Part shown: piece by piece, positions 35,752 through 51,000 of the stretch
Position numbering within the stretch: position 1 is the stretch's first letter
Layout: every line of letters starts with the position of its first letter
Made by a program: the position numbers and the translations under genes
NCBI RefSeq assembly: GCF_964204645.1
Contig: NW_027437437.1
Location: forward strand, 92,001 to 156,000
DNA length: 64,000 nt
Source: Tubulanus polymorphus
Lineage: Eukaryota > Animalia > Nemertea
Direction of reading: 5' to 3'
Notes under the pieces: model-generated
Seen by the model: only the letters and a program-made list of their open reading frames with translations
What the model was told of the DNA's origin: nothing
Databases searched by the model: none

Positions 35752-36662
35752 ACTACTATCTCGAAGTTTCATTTTCGGACTTTTTATTATCATTGTGGGA
35801 TTCTCTCCTCATCGCGTCAACACGGATATTGTGTTCTACCTATCGTGAGAAATGATATTGAGTTAGTTAGTAATGGTAAAAGAATTAGACATTTACAAAC
35901 ATATCCTAAGTTCATAGGTAACAGAATATTTGATGAAAATTTAGCTGCAGTTAAAATGAGGAGAACATCTATGAAATTTAATAAACCAATATATGTTGGA
36001 GCTACAGTTTTAGAAATATCAAAGTTATTAATGTATGAATTCTATTATAACGTATTACAGCCTCATTTTGGAGAAAAGCATATAGAAATCTTATATTTTG
36101 ATACAGATTCTTACATATTAAAGATAAAAACTAATAACATAACAGATGATTTAAAAACATTAAAACATCATTTTGATTTTAGTTATTATCCTAAAGATCA
36201 TGAATTGTTTTACAATGATAATAAAAAGGTGCCTGGTAAATTCAAAGATGAATTAGGAGGTAAAGAAATGATAGAATTTATAGGTATTAGATCTAAAATG
36301 TATAGTTATAGAACTAAAACTCATGAAGCTAAAAAGTTAAAAGGAATAACCAAAAGTGTAGTAGAAAAGAATATTCATTTCAAAGATTACATCAATTGTA
36401 TATTCAATGAAGAAGTTAGAAAACATAAGATGAGATGTTTAAGATCTGAAGATCATGAAATGTCTATTGAAGAGATAGAGAAGATAAGTCTAAACCCATT
36501 TGATGATAAAAGATATATTTTAGATGATGATATACACACAGTTGCTAATGGTTGCAATTTAGATGAATACTTAAGATTTAAAAGAGAAGAAACAAAAGAG
36601 AATGAGATTATGAAAAGAATTCTAGCGTGTAAATCAAATTTTAATTAAAATATGTATTATAA

Positions 36663-37016
36663 ATGGTGAGTAAACAAGCACACAGTGAGAACAACAAATC
36701 ATTTCTAGATAGAATAAAAGATACTTCAAATGTCAATTCAGTAGATTATAAATTTAAGAAGTTAACAGAATTAACAATTCATAAGAAATACCTAATTACA
36801 AATGCTGATACAGTTACTAATAGATATGGTAGTAAATTAGTTATCCACTTAGAATATGAAGGATTGAAAGGAAATACATATAAATTCAGAACATATTTAC
36901 CAGATAGATTTAATAGATTATCAAGTGAAGATTTAGAAGAATTATGTTCTGGAGATTTCTATTTCATATACAAAGGTAAGAATGAAAAAGGGCACCATGA
37001 AATAGATTTCGAATAA
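36663..37016 (+). CDS. Homologue of 5364-5717; intact
   Basis: 117-aa ORF closely matching copy 1. Confidence 0.75.
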   Translation: MVSKQAHSENNKSFLDRIKDTSNVNSVDYKFKKLTELTIHKKYLITNADTVTNRYGSKLVIHLEYEGLKGNTYKFRTYLPDRFNRLSSEDLEELCSGDFYFIYKGKNEKGHHEIDFE

Positions 37017-37029
37017 AATATGTAAAATA

Positions 37030-40000
37030 AATAGAATTAAAGTAGAATTAAAAGAATACAGTAAAAGAATACAGAATATTTGTTGATTCAAGAAGACTTA
37101 CAAATTATGAATCACATAATTTACTAGTACAATTAGATAGAGAATTTAAGAATTGTATTGATTTAAAATTAGTAAATGTAAGTTTATGTAATTCTTTTTA
37201 TAATATATCGGATAAAACTTTTGAACATAGAGGGTTTATGATTTATATGAGAAATAAAGATAAATGGTTTCATCTATTTTTAAAACCAGGATTATATAAT
37301 TTAGAATCATTAGCGCAGGAAATAATTAGAAGAGCTCGGTTGAAAATCGGGGGCACTTCTGTATTTGAAATTGAATTTAATAAAACTGATAGTACTAATA
37401 GAATAAGAATAAAGATATCTAATGAACAACATAATTTATGGTAAATAAACCAATGGCTAAAATGTGAGGAATTAAACCGCTTACAGTTACTGGAAACGCA
37501 GAAGGCATCTCAAATATAATACCTTTTACACACTTTTATATTTATTGCAATTTAATCGATCCTACAAAAACTTTCGAAGCAACTAAAGAAACAATTTGTA
37601 GTTCTAGTATACTAAATATTTTACCGCTAAAAATGTTAAACAATTTGGAACTCAAATAAATTATAATTTAACAGGATGTGATTTTTAAACCTTGTATTCC
37701 TCAATTTAGTAATTTTAGATTAGAAGTAAGAAATCATAATGGATATTTAATTGATTTGAATAACTTTCCTATAATTTATGAATTAATTGTAAGATGTAGA
37801 TAGTAATTTTTTTCACTACATAAATGAATATAACTGTTGGACCGAGTATATGTTTTGGATTCGATTTTAAACATGAGGAAGAAATGAAATTTAACAGTAC
37901 TGATGTAAGTACGCATATTAAAAACATTGCATTTTCTAATGAAACAACATTTGAGTATGAAAAAACAATAGATAAAGAAACTTTAAATGTAGAAAAGATT
38001 ACTAATTTAATTAGAGAATCTTTAAGATTTTATGAATTAGATGAAGATTTTATCATTGATGATATTAAAAGAATAATAACTGAAATATATGAAAATGAAA
38101 CTAATAATACTATAAATGTTTAAATAATTATAACTAAGATAAATAAATATTTTGAAGATAGTAATTTTTTGATAAATAAATGAGTGATAATAAATGGATA
38201 ATAACTGGATTATATAATGGAGCCTTACTATCAGTTGGAACTGTTGGTTATTCAATGGTATTTAAAAAAGTATTTAAAATGGGAAGTGTTAATGTTGATA
38301 GATTTGATATAAATGATATTTTAAAATTAACGTTAGCAGTAACTTTATCTAATTTAACTATTGATTATTTGGAAAAACAAAAATATATTCCTCCTATATA
38401 AATGCGTAATTATTTTACTAAATAAATGGCTTCTACAATTATAACTATTATAGGATCGGCAATTGTTAACGCTTTAGCATTTACTGGTGGTGGTTATTTA
38501 TTTAAGCATATTGATAAAAATGGGTTATTATCAGAACAAAAAAAGACATAACTTAGCATTAGAGAAATACAATAAAGCAGCAGAAGAATATAGAGAAAAG
38601 AGACAAAATTACATGGATTATATTAACAAAGAATTTTATGATCAGAAGATTTCACATAGAGATTTTCAATCAGTTGATGATGCAATGAGTTTATATAACG
38701 CGGTAACCAATAAAGAAAAATTACATCTATACAAACCTAAATTATCAGATTATTATACCCCAAGTAAAGAACAACAGAAATATGAAATAATTTGGATCTT
38801 AGGTGGAACAGTTAATGTTATATTTGTAGCATTTAAATTTACTAATTAATTATATATTATTTCTTTTCTAAATAAATGGATGATAAAGTTGATGGTGTTA
38901 ATATTATTCCTCATGATATAAATGAAACTAAATTAAAATTATATTTGGAAAAACAAACATTAGAATTTGAAAGTGACCTAAAGATAAAAAAGAAAAAATA
39001 TTTAAAAAGTAAAATTATATATTATTTTATTATAAGTGGTTCAGTTACAATTAGTTCTGTAATAACATTTCTAGCAATATTCTCACCATTAACACCTTAA
39101 GCTTTATCAATTGGCGTGCTAGGATTATCATCAAGTGTTTTAACTGGTATAAGTTCAAAATTAAATATAAAAAGTAATAAAGAAAAAATTAAAACTAATA
39201 CAAAAGAAATTAATAAATTAAAAAATACACTAGATTATATAATAAGTTTAAATGGTAATATAACAGTTGAAGACCAAGATAAATTATTAAAAGAATTAAT
39301 AAATTATTAATTTTTTAATTATATAAATGGGGTTTCCAAAAGCTTTCCAATATAATAAATCAATTAAATATAATATTCCTGCAATAGATTTTAATAAAAA
39401 TGTTACATATAAAAATTTAGTTTTAAATTCATTAACTAATTTAGAAATTTATGTAACTGAAACACAGTTTTTTATTTCTAAAATAGAAAATATATTTAAT
39501 ACATATGAAGTTACTTTTACTCGAGATGAATATCATATATATAAAGTAAAATCTAATATGAAATATTGGCAGAATCAATTAAATGTTGCTGTTTATTGTG
39601 CAACAACTGGTTGTGGTATAAGTTGGAATGATCATTTAAATAACTTAGATAAAAATTTGAATTATTTTTGTTTTAAAATTAATTCACACAATATTTAGAT
39701 TTCACACATATTTTCAAATTAGAATAATATTAAATGAATTAGAATGTCCTTTACCCGGATCTAAATATTTTAAAGAATTGGATAATAATATTAATCTAAG
39801 TTTTATAAAATATGTAATGAATTTAATATAAATATTAATTCCGATTTTAGAGCGCATGGTAAATTGCAAGTTATTGGTAAAAAAAAAGATTAGAATATAA
39901 TGATATTTATAAATTCAAACCTGTATTTGAAAGATCTGGGTATAATATAAATGATAGAGGCGCCAGACTTTTAGTAACAGAATTAAAATCTTTAGATGGT

Positions 40001-40844
40001 GAATATTATTATCATTTGAAATATGATTATTATATTGATATCACTTATAAAAATCAAAACAAAATATTAGCAGAATCAACTTTGAGTAATTTAGAACCAT
40101 CTAGAATTAAAAGAATAAGTAATAATAGCAATGAAATAGAAAATGTTACACAAGAAGAAAAAAATCAAAATTAAAGAGTATTTAAAGAAAGAATAAATGA
40201 ATTAATTGAAACAATCAATAATAATTTAGAAACAGAAACAACTTCTGAACAGAATATAATTTCCAAAACTAGTAAACTTGAATCAAACGAAGTTCAAACT
40301 GAAAAACTTTTATCGAATGGATTACTTGATGCAACAGATCAAGAAATAGAAGCTTTAAGTATGTTTTCTGAAAAAAACAATTAGAGAAATAATAAGTATA
40401 CGAAATGAAGCCAATAAAATTGCGCGCGAAAAAAATATGAGATATAATAAAATTAAACCTTTAGAAAATAAATTATTTGACACCAGAAAAGAATTAGAAC
40501 AATTAAAATTAGATAGAGAATTTAACTATGTAACTATGGTATTCACAACAATTGGTTTAGCTATATCAAATTCATTGAAATCTACACCAAATCCTAATAA
40601 ACCGGATAAACCCCCAAATGATAATAATTCTATACAAGATAAAGTTAAGGATGGTTTAAAAACATTAGCAAAATATTTATGGGAACTATCTAAAAAATCT
40701 GCTGCAGCTTTACCCGGAGTTATTGCATCAATTGTTGGTTTTATATTGAAATCTGCTGGGAATATTCTTAACTTTGCTGCTGAACATATTATTTTATTTT
40801 TAATTACAGTTGTAAGTGCTATTATTTTTGGGTTAGTGATATGA
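37030..40844 (+). pseudogene. Maverick 2 penton and membrane-protein block (mostly disrupted; 38180-38401 intact)
   Basis: Collinear homologues of 5735-10787 with stops, frameshifts and deletions near 39860 and 40525. Confidence 0.85.
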
Positions 40845-40878
40845 TAAAAAATAGATAATTAATTTTTTTGTTAAATAA

Positions 40879-42127
40879 ATTAGTGGGAGTTATATAAATC
40901 CTTCTAAGAATCCTAGAATATCTAATGCTATTAAAGCAGAAAGATCTCATCATATAATTACGCATAATCCTTCTAATATTAATCCTGATGAAACTTTATA
41001 TGTTAGAATCCCGAGATTAACACAAAATACTATTTATGTTCCAAATAGTATTTATTTATCAGCTGATATAAATGTAACTGGTAATAATAATAATTATGTT
41101 GTTGATAAGGTTGGAAGATATTTGATTGAAAAATTAACTATAAAGATTGGCCCAGAAACAGTTTTCTCATTAGATGATTATTATTTATTTACGCATTACA
41201 AAGATTTATGGTTAACGAAAGAAAATAGAAATAATATGATATTTCAAGGCATCCAATCAGAAAACCAAAATAAATTAAGATCGGGAGCTAATGACGCAAT
41301 AGTTACTCGTACTGCAGATAATTTGATCAAAAAGATTTATGGAAGCAAACATAAAATTCCATTAGATTTTGAATTGATAAATAATAATGCACCTTTATAT
41401 AAATACGCAATTCAAGAAGATTTTATATTCGAAATGACATTTGCTCCTGTTAATGAAATTGTATTATCTAGCATTGTTAAAGATATGGGTTATAAATTAT
41501 CGAATATATGTTTAGAATATGACACAGTAACTGATGAAAATATTTCAAGCATAATTCAAACTCAATACAATCAAGGATTTTCATTATTATATGATTATAT
41601 TGATAAATGTAAAACTGTAACTATTAATGCAAGTGATGAAATTATTAATGAGAATATCAACTTCCCAAGAAGATCTATTAAAGGTATATTAATATTTTTT
41701 ACCATTGCAACATATTCTAATGGCGCAATACAGGTCGATAATTATTATAATCCTGAAATAACAAAAGTAGAAATAACTATCGAAGGAATAGCAAATAAAA
41801 TATTTTGTCAAGGAATGAGAATGATAGATCAATGGCCAGAAATTAGAAAATATTTTATGAATGAAAAAGTAAAATCATCTGAAAATTGTAATATTAATCA
41901 AATTGATTATTATACCGGTAATAAATATGCATTGTGGTTAGATTTTAGAGCAACAGAGGGTAATTCATTAGATGGTTCTGGAAAAAAATTACAGAACACT
42001 AAAGATGGGATACAATTATTCATGACAAAGAATAAAGGAATCAAAAATTTTAAAATGCACATTTATATTATATCTGACGCGCAATTAAATATTGTAAATT
42101 CTTCAATTAAATAGTGTTATGTATTAG
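40879..42127 (+). pseudogene. Major capsid protein of Maverick 2 (start codon ATG changed to ATT)
   Basis: Near-complete reading frame homologous to 10837 onward. Confidence 0.75.
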
Positions 42128-42159
42128 AATTTTAATTTTAATTAAAAAATTTATAATAA

Positions 42160-42966
42160 ATGGATGCAGGTAAAGTATATAAACATATTCCATACATTGA
42201 TAAACATGAAAATAATGATGGCTTATATTATGTAATACCTTGTAATATAGCTTTGATATTTGATCCTATTTTCAAAAATTATAAAACTAAACTAATAGAA
42301 ATCGATAATAATTAAAGTGGAGTTGCTGATAATTTAAGTAATGAAATTGATAATAATGTTTTACCTTCTACATCAAATAATGTTTTATCTTCTACATCAA
42401 ATACTTTTTTACCTTCTACGCCTAATAATGAAATAATATTAAATATTAGTGAAAATAGAAATTATTGTGGTTACTGTAAAGGTGAATTTTCAAACAGTCC
42501 ATCAAATTGGAATAATCATATGAATACAGCTAAACATATTACTAATGTAATAGAGCCTGTTGGTATAAGAGATTTTATAGAACACCCATTTAGATATGTA
42601 ACAAAGTTTGTTTCAAATAAAAAAGTAAATGGTAAAGATTTATATAAAGATTCATTAGGTGAATTTTTATCTAGGGAACCTGTTAATGATAAATTAGATT
42701 TATCTGCTGCTAAAAAAAATAATAGGATCAAACATTGTAAGTGAAATGTTGGGGTCAAACACTAAGAAAGATGACAATGAAAATATAGTTACAGGTAAAT
42801 ATATTGATTTAATGATGAAGGTATTAAGAAATCGAAAATAGAAGATATATTTACAAGTCGTGATAATGCTCAAGTTTTATCAAAAAACGATTTTAATTTG
42901 GCTATTGTGAAAATGAGTCGGTAGATATGTTGAATAAATTGTTAGGGTATGATGATGAAAGTGATT
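42160..42966 (+). pseudogene. Accessory Zn-finger protein (disrupted)
   Basis: TAAATG start; YCGYCKGEFSNSPSNWNNHMNTAKH. Confidence 0.5.
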
Positions 42967-44400
42967 AAGATAGTAATGATAATTATCTAACACGCACATA
43001 ATATATTAGTTGAAAATTGTATAAAATAATAGTTAATAAAACAAGAAAATTAACTTCAATAAATTATTTGACGCCTGCGAAAAAATGTAGAATTTCTGGT
43101 ATAAGCTAATTATGAGATTATTAAGGGGAATTATGAGATTTGGCGATTGGGTAGATGATACAGTCTTCGACTAGTCTAATTTAAAAAAAAATTGTCAACT
43201 TGTGCCCACTTTTGCCTCTAAGCTGGTCTGCAACTTCATTGCCTCCATGGTTGAAGAAAGGGCTCTTCTGATGTCTGCTTCATCATGACTTTGAGCATAT
43301 CGTGTAGCCAGCCAGCCCGGTCCTGGGGCCCGGTCTGGCTGTCACTTGATATCCTAGACTTGAGTCTGGGTTGAAGTAGACATTGTCATTTAAATAACTT
43401 ATTCATGTTATTCTGTATGAATTACCCGTGTGTCTTGTATTTTCTTATTTAAAAATTTGTAAATTTATTGATTTTTGGAATTTTATCCCGGAATTTCAAT
43501 GTAATAAAGATCAGTATTAATGAGGATAAAGTATTGAATTGAATTGTCAACTTATACACATGCCATCAGTGGACGCGGAGCCGTATATGACAGCTATGCT
43601 ATTATAAATTGCTAATCTCATGAAACCTGCATACGTCTAATATCGAACATATTTTCTAAAACATTTGAATATTGAAATTATATGTTTACACGTTTTTATA
43701 TAGACCGCTTGTAGCCGCCGATGAAATTCACGCCGGCCCAACTCAGATCGTAGAGTCACTAGTAGCAAGATCGCAGATCGTCACTATCGCAGATCGTCAC
43801 TAGCATCCCCATGTCAGGGTCTGACTTTTATATCAGACTTCCAAATCGTGTATACATCCGCCATTTAACCGAATAATCCGATTTACTTATCATTTCTATT
43901 TATCCCTGCCGCTCTTGATATAATCATACATCCTTTACTATTACAATACGTCTTCTCATGATATTCAATGCGATATAACATTTCGACGTTCAAATAGAGG
44001 TCATTATATAATCCCAGGGAGCCATTCTACATCTTTATCAATAATATTTTGCCAAATAGCTTGTATGTGTACACATAAACCTGTGACGTTTTGCACATCG
44101 ATTTACGGTTGTCGTTTGTAAAATGACGCTGAATGGTTATCATTGTTTAGGTTTCATAATGGTAACGTTTTATAAGGCGTCAAAAAAGGGGTTTTAAGTT
44201 TTTATGTATCTAATACGTATCTAATACGTATCTAATACATATTTAAGTATTTATGTATCTAATATGTATTAATCTAAATAACCTTTATTAGTTAGTCAAA
44301 CTTAGTTGAAAAATTAAAATAGATAATATTTATTTAAAAAAAGGGGTTTTAAGTATTAAGGTATCTAATACGTATCTAATACATTAATACTTAAAATACC

Positions 44401-47041
44401 TTATTTTATAAACTTATATTCATATGGAAATTGAAGCCTCAGAAGTAATTTTGAACCTTTATTATTCTTTAATTTATTCATATATTCAACAAGTAATTCA
44501 GTAGGTATAATTTGATTTTCTTCCAATGATTGTTGCATAGATTTTCTATCTTTGTTATAAAATGAAACTAGAAATCTTATATTCTCCCTAAAGTCTTTAA
44601 CATTTGAATTATATTTTTGATTTAAAACCCATGTTGTTATCCCAAAATGTCTCCCAGAGAAAGCTAGATAACATAACTCGCTTTCTCTCACTTTTTAATA
44701 ATGTAAATTTGCAAAATCGTCTATAATGAATAATGTATTTGAACCTTTATAAATATCAATTGCTATTTTAATACAATTATCTAAATTTTCTTTTACTGTT
44801 TCAGGATCTAATATAATAAACTTTTTTATCTTAACTATATCTCCATTATATGTTTTATTCATTTCATAAGTAGGACAGAATAATATTATATTATCAAAAT
44901 GATTCTTATAAATAGTTCTAACAAATCTAATATGAAATGTGTTTTACGACAGTTGGTTACCCCAGTAACTGACATATTATGCGGTTCAAATATAAATAAA
45001 TCTTTATTCATTTATTCTTTTAATTTTACTGGATAAATCCATTCATTAAATTTATCATCATACCCTTTATATTTCACCAAAGAATACTTTTTTCCTTTAA
45101 GAGTTTTTGTTTTCAATACTTTTTCTATTTTGTATTCTATTTCATCTGGGTTCGGTACAAGTGATAATTCTTGTTCATAGAAATAACCTAATATTTCTTC
45201 ATCTTTTAAATATTCTAATTTATAAACAAATGGTTTAGTTAATATTATCTTTTTAATCTTGAATATTTCTTCTGTAAAATTAGGAGTATAACCTTTATAA
45301 AATGTTTTTCCATATTTAGCTATTCTAACGTGTTGTCCAATTTTAAATTTAGGTTCTCCGAAATCATGTGTAACAAACGCACTATATAAATTATCCCAAA
45401 CTATTTCTGAATTATCTTCTTTTCTAGCTTGTATAGGTTTCATATTTATAGAACTATGTTTAGAATTATTATAACCTTTCACTAAATCATCTAACACATC
45501 GATATATTTATATGTTTCATTAGCAGTAAAATATTTCCACATTCTAGATTTTAATGTTTTATTAAATCTTTCTATAATCGATGCTTTTTTATCTGAGTGT
45601 GTTGAAAAATAATCTACATCGTTATCAGATAATAGTTTTTTAAAATGTTTATTATAGAATTCTTTACCTTCATCGAATTGTATCTTATCTGGAATAGATC
45701 TTTTGATTTAAGAACATTTGTTACTTCTATACCAGTTTTATTTTTGATTGGATTTTGACCATGCGTATCTACTGAATATATCTATAACATTTAATATCCA
45801 GAAATATCCTTTGTTGTGTTCTTCTAAGTTCTTCATATCAATTAAATCTGCTTGCCATTGTTGAGCAATATATGAAACCATAACGTTTCTTGTTAAATAA
45901 GTTTATCCATTTTCTTGTGGATTTGATATGTTGGTTGATTTTGTAACCATAATTTTAATTCACTATATTTTATATTTTCATAATCAGATTTAATTTTATC
46001 CCATAATTCTGAAACGCAAGAATATGATACTTCACTCTCTGGGTTATAATATAAATCTCTTAAATATTGTTCTTTTTTCATCTTATTTTAATCCATTAAT
46101 AATAATTTAGATTTAGTTTCAATGATTTTATCATTTGATTTATTTTCTGGTATAATAGGTTTATCATCAGAATCATTATTGTTATTAAATTTTGATTCAT
46201 ATATTACACCGGAGAATATAATAATTGTGATTAACCCAATTGTAATATATAAGTAATTATTTCTTCCACTATTAGAAGAATCAGATGGATTATCATTCGA
46301 ATCAATATCAGATAATTTCTGTGATTCATTTATATCAGTTAATTTCTTTTTCTTAGCTTTTTTTAATTCTGCAGATCTTTTACCTAATTCCCTTGCCCAT
46401 TTAATTTGTTTTTCAGATCTAGGCTTCTTCTTAATATCATCACTCATTTATTTTAGTTAATTTTTGTTCTGATTCATTTTCTGTTTCACCGTGTGGGTGC
46501 CGTATGGCACCATCTGTTTCGTTCTTACCTGATTTATATTCTATAGGCTTCATATTCGAAATTGTTATGACACCAGTAGAAATTAATGTCATAACCGATC
46601 CTAATTGGAATGAAGCGTATCCAACCCATTTTTGTAATTCAGTCATAACTAAGTAGTCATTTTTTAAATCACTATATAATTTATTTTCATCATCAATTGG
46701 TATAATCCGTTTACATAATTTTGAATAACATTTGACAATACCATCACTTATATTTATTCTAGCTAATATTGACTCTTCATAAATCTTAAAATATTCCATT
46801 ACTTTATCTGGTTTCATGGCATCTAGTTCTTTATAAGTTACAATTTTTCCCAAGAACTCTTTAGATTTCCCTCCGGCAATTAGTAATTCAAAATGGCGCT
46901 TACAATATAAGTAGTATTCATCATCAATATTGTTATCAACTTGAGCACAATTAGTTACAACTGCATCATTATTGCCAGTAATGCCAAAATCCTCAATTGT
47001 CTTTTCAATATCAGCATTATTTTTACTCGATTTCTTTGACA
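44401..47041 (-). pseudogene. Maverick 2 ATPase (44401-45011), integrase (45004-46081) and two small ORFs; mostly disrupted
   Basis: Collinear with 13160-15861. Walker A is mutated to GVTNCRKT and the integrase is frameshifted. Confidence 0.9.
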
Positions 47042-47298
47042 GTTATATTAGAGAAAAAAGCGAGAAAAAAAATATTATAAGTATTATAAAATGATACTAA
47101 TTACTCTTTAGGTTAATACTAAATTGACTAGGTTAGTTAATGTTAAAGAATTTTTATTCAAACCCATTCAAAATCTTTTTAATCTAGTGTTAACAAGAAT
47201 TGCAAAAGAAAATATTAAAAATATAATAGAAATAATGGATAGTTGAAGTTATTGCTTTTTTATTACATTTTATTTGAGATATATTAATCTTTAACCAC

Positions 47299-48010
47299 TT
47301 ATAAAGACTCAACGTATTGTTCATTATTTGGATCATTGTTCCATATTTCAATAAATTTCTTTGCTTTATCCAGTTGATCCAAATATAATTTCATATCAAG
47401 TTTGTTCCCTTTCCTAATATTTTCAACTTTTTCTAAAGGTCTTAAATTCTGCCAGCTCCAGATTAATTTCTGATTGTGTTCATCATTCATGTTGAATTTA
47501 GATATTGGTAACACGTGATCAATATGAAAATAATCTCCATAATTATCTATATTCATTTTTTCATTGAACATATATATAATCCATGATTTGAGAAATTTAT
47601 CTGTACAACCCAACAAATTAGATAGTGTAACTGAATGCTTTTCTTTAATGAATAATTGTGATAATCTATTTCTCAAACATTGTTTCATTTTAAAATTAAG
47701 ATCTGTTTTGTATCACTTCTCATATATTCTGTCATATAATCACGGTTATCTTTTTTCCAATCTCTCATGTATTCTGGATTATTTGCTCGCCATTGTTTTT
47801 ACAATTCTTTACATTTTTCTAGATTATTTATATAATATTGTTTACTATTTTGATTATGGCAGCTTTTGCAGTTATGACGTAAACCATCATTGCCAATCTT
47901 ACGTTTATAATAATCTGTAAATGGCTTACTTTTTTTACATTTACAACATAAATATTTATAACACCAGTGTTATTTGTAATATTAATAATTTGTGGCTGTT
48001 TACTTTCCAT
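47299..48010 (-). pseudogene. HNH-type endonuclease of Maverick 2 (frameshifted)
   Basis: HIDHVLPISKF...WQNLRPLEKVENIRKGN. Confidence 0.8.
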
Positions 48011-51000
48011 TTATAATATATGAATTTTTTTATTCTATTTGAAATCTATTTGATAATTTCCGTCTGTTCATCTTCGACTAACGTCATCCTTTTTCATTCC
48101 TCGCTGCTTTTGATAAGTCATTTCGGTTCCTTGATATCTAAATCATACCAGTTACAATATCCGTGTCGCATACAGGCGCGCTTTTGCTTAATACGCATGC
48201 GCTAATCATAATTGTATATTTATTCTGTAAAATTGAAACAACCGAACATAGAACATTCAAACGCATGCGCATTAAGCAAAAGTGCGCATACAGGCGCGCT
48301 TTTGATCAATGCGCATGCGCTAATCATAATTGAAACGACGAACATAGAATATACACCAAGCTGCGCCTACAGATTTACACAATACATATACAAGTATGTT
48401 CGGTCGTTTCATCCAATACATCATTTGATTTCTATTTATAAATTTTATAATTACAAACATTTTTTTCAATTGCCGGTAAATATTTAACTACATCAACAAA
48501 TGTTAAACTTAATCATTGGAATTTTTGGAGTAGTCTAAATGTTTTTGAAATTCTTATATAGTTTCTTCGTCGATCTTTTGTGTTTCTTGTGCTTCTACGC
48601 CAATTTCTATTGGTTCGATATCCATTGCTGTCTACTCCTCAGAAAGAGTATCTTGAGTTTCTCTATCGCTTCTTGATGCGCGTGACATTTTATTAATCTA
48701 AAAGATATTAGTGGTAACTCTAATTATCTAAAAGATATACTAAATACACTTAAATATATTTAAAGGTTTCATATTTAGTAGCCCCCCCCCCTTTCCCTAC
48801 TTCATAATAACTACAAAAACAGTAATTACATTTAGAACTGTAAACCTTAACTCCGAATGGTGTTTCGATAGATAAATCCTAAGCGTTCTGTGTATGCCGT
48901 CTGTTCAGTAAGAGAGCGGCGATCCAGTATGTGTAGTACATACTTGCGCAACAGTAAATATCAGAGGTATGATTCATTATGTCGCAATACATACTCAACA
49001 GGCGCCGTGTATCACTATGGCAACTATAGCAACAGGTGTTGTAAAAAATCAAGAGTCATGTATTAAAGTATATTGATTTTACATGTTGGACAGTAGTACT
49101 TCTTATTTGCTTCCATTAAATCAAATTTAAATCAAATTATCAAATTTTTTATTAAAATTGATTTTAGAAGTTATTCAATTATATGTTATTCATATATATG
49201 AATATTTTAAGAGTAATAGGGATAATAGGAGTTCAGGTTAAAGGTTGAAGGGGCGAGTGAGTAAAAAATGAAAAATAAATTCGAGCGTGCGAGAATTTAT
49301 TTTTTATTTTTTATGAGCTCGACCTTTCGACCTTTGGCTTGAACCCCTATTATCCCTATTACTTGCATTGACAGATTCGAACCTAATATGCAACCACTGC
49401 GTAAACGTCAAATATGATTCAGCTTTGAAACCGAACATACGCGGACGTACAATCAACAAATATGAATTTATTTGACCAGGCATTTATTTTGGCATTCAAA
49501 CATCATGATACTGTTTTATCACCATGCTTAAAAATGGATCTGTCCTATCAAGAACTCATCTTAAGCACCTGCTGAGTCGATAGATTGAGTGAATTTACAG
49601 ATAAGAACGTATTATGATTTAGAATAGATCTAAGAAGTTAATGTTTTCATTGAAATATTTGAATAAATACATTGTAGTGTAGATTTTATCAATAAATTAT
49701 GATTATTTTTGGTCTGGGTTTCCGGCTGATGTTGATTTTGGCTTTTATGGATTACAAATTCTATAGTGAAAAACAATTGATACCTGCAACATGTGTCTAA
49801 ATCAAACCTATTCCACTAGTTGCGTGTGTTTCCTAATAAACGGGAGAGTCACTCTTGATCTGAGTTATTAGAAACATAATGTTAATTTAGTTATAGAAAT
49901 TCATTGCCTTTTTGAAAATTCTGTAATAATATTTGTTCTGTCCTAATTTTTATTACTGTATGAACCAATGATGTGCTTTGTAAATATGATGTAATAAAAT
50001 AAATTTGAATTTGAATTAAATTTGAACATGAGAATCAAGCATAACTTGTGTTTTTTCAACTTGTCTTTTGTTAACAGTTCCAGAGTTTCAATTACAATCA
50101 AATACAAATTGGCTAAAAAGTACATAGGAATAAATGAAATGAACCGTTAGTTACTAGTGATCCACAGCTAGATTTTCGTAGTATTTGAAAATGTTTCGTA
50201 GTATTTAGAAATGTTCTTAATGTTGTTTCCGTATGCGTGGGGGTTACGTTAAAGCCGTCAGACAAGAACGTACTAGTAGTAAGAATTACGAAAGTTCTTG
50301 TTTGATGCTTTCATCTACCAACGCAAACCATAAATCAGTCTATAAACAACAATTCTTTCTCGGTTCTTCTGCTGTGAGATCTGGCAAACATTCAGAAAAT
50401 CTTTATATAAAACTTTTAAATAGTTGGAACCATATTTGGTTGGGTCGGAACAATGGAGTGTATTTATAATGAAGCTCGTGAAGGGATCACGCTGATACTT
50501 GATGATATTCCCGGCTACTTTCCGTAAAAGGAAAAACCGGAAGTTTAGGAAGATGTGGTTGTTTTGCTTATCCTGTATTAAAATAGAATTAGTTAAATTG
50601 TAGATAAAATAATTAGTATAAGTATTTCAAATAATTTAAGAATTGATAATCAATCACAATGTATTCCGAATCGTAGTTAATTATAATAATTAAAAAAGAA
50701 ACAATGAATTTGTACCGTAATTAGAAAAGAAAACAAAGTTTTGAAAAGATATTTAATTTGAGTAATCTAGATGTTGTTTAAGAACAAATTGTGAATAATC
50801 GCTAATGTTTTAGAAAAATTAATTTGTGTTAAATGTTAAAACTAGCTGTCTGTAGTTTCTGTTGTCTGTATGCGCTCGTTGGTAATTCACAGACAATAGC
50901 TGCTCTCTCAACAACGACTAGCAAGGAGTGAGTAAATCACAACGCGTCATGACAGGAGGGTTGGAAGAAAAAGTTTATATCAGCAAATCAGTTTCTAAAA

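Larger units (their letters stand above)
32978..35847. mobile_element. Penelope-like element (RT core deleted), with inverted pLTR/GIY-YIG arms
   Basis: Flanked by a duplicated AGAAATGATATTGAG (32963-32977 and 35848-35862; includes microhomology). Contains GIY-YIG ORFs, a Penelope N-terminal ORF and hammerheads. Confidence 0.9.
30475..36648 (+). pseudogene. pPolB of Maverick 2; internally deleted and split by the Penelope-like insertion
   Basis: Same motifs as copy 1; the reading resumes at RNDIELVS after 35847. Confidence 0.93.
30295..49363 (+). mobile_element. Maverick/Polinton copy 2 (decayed; outer ~40 bp of the left end missing; internal deletions)
   Basis: Same gene order as copy 1; right terminus ...CCCTATTACT at 49363; left TIR remnant 30295-30520 mirrors about 49070-49321. 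Confidence 0.93.

Noticed and set aside
43067-44184. Insert bounded by a 10-bp inverted repeat TTTGACGCCT/AGGCGTCAAA, with a GC hairpin near 43311-43340 suggesting a Helitron end
   Set aside because: No TSD, no coding capacity, and the CTAG after the hairpin is not followed by T; it cannot be classified.
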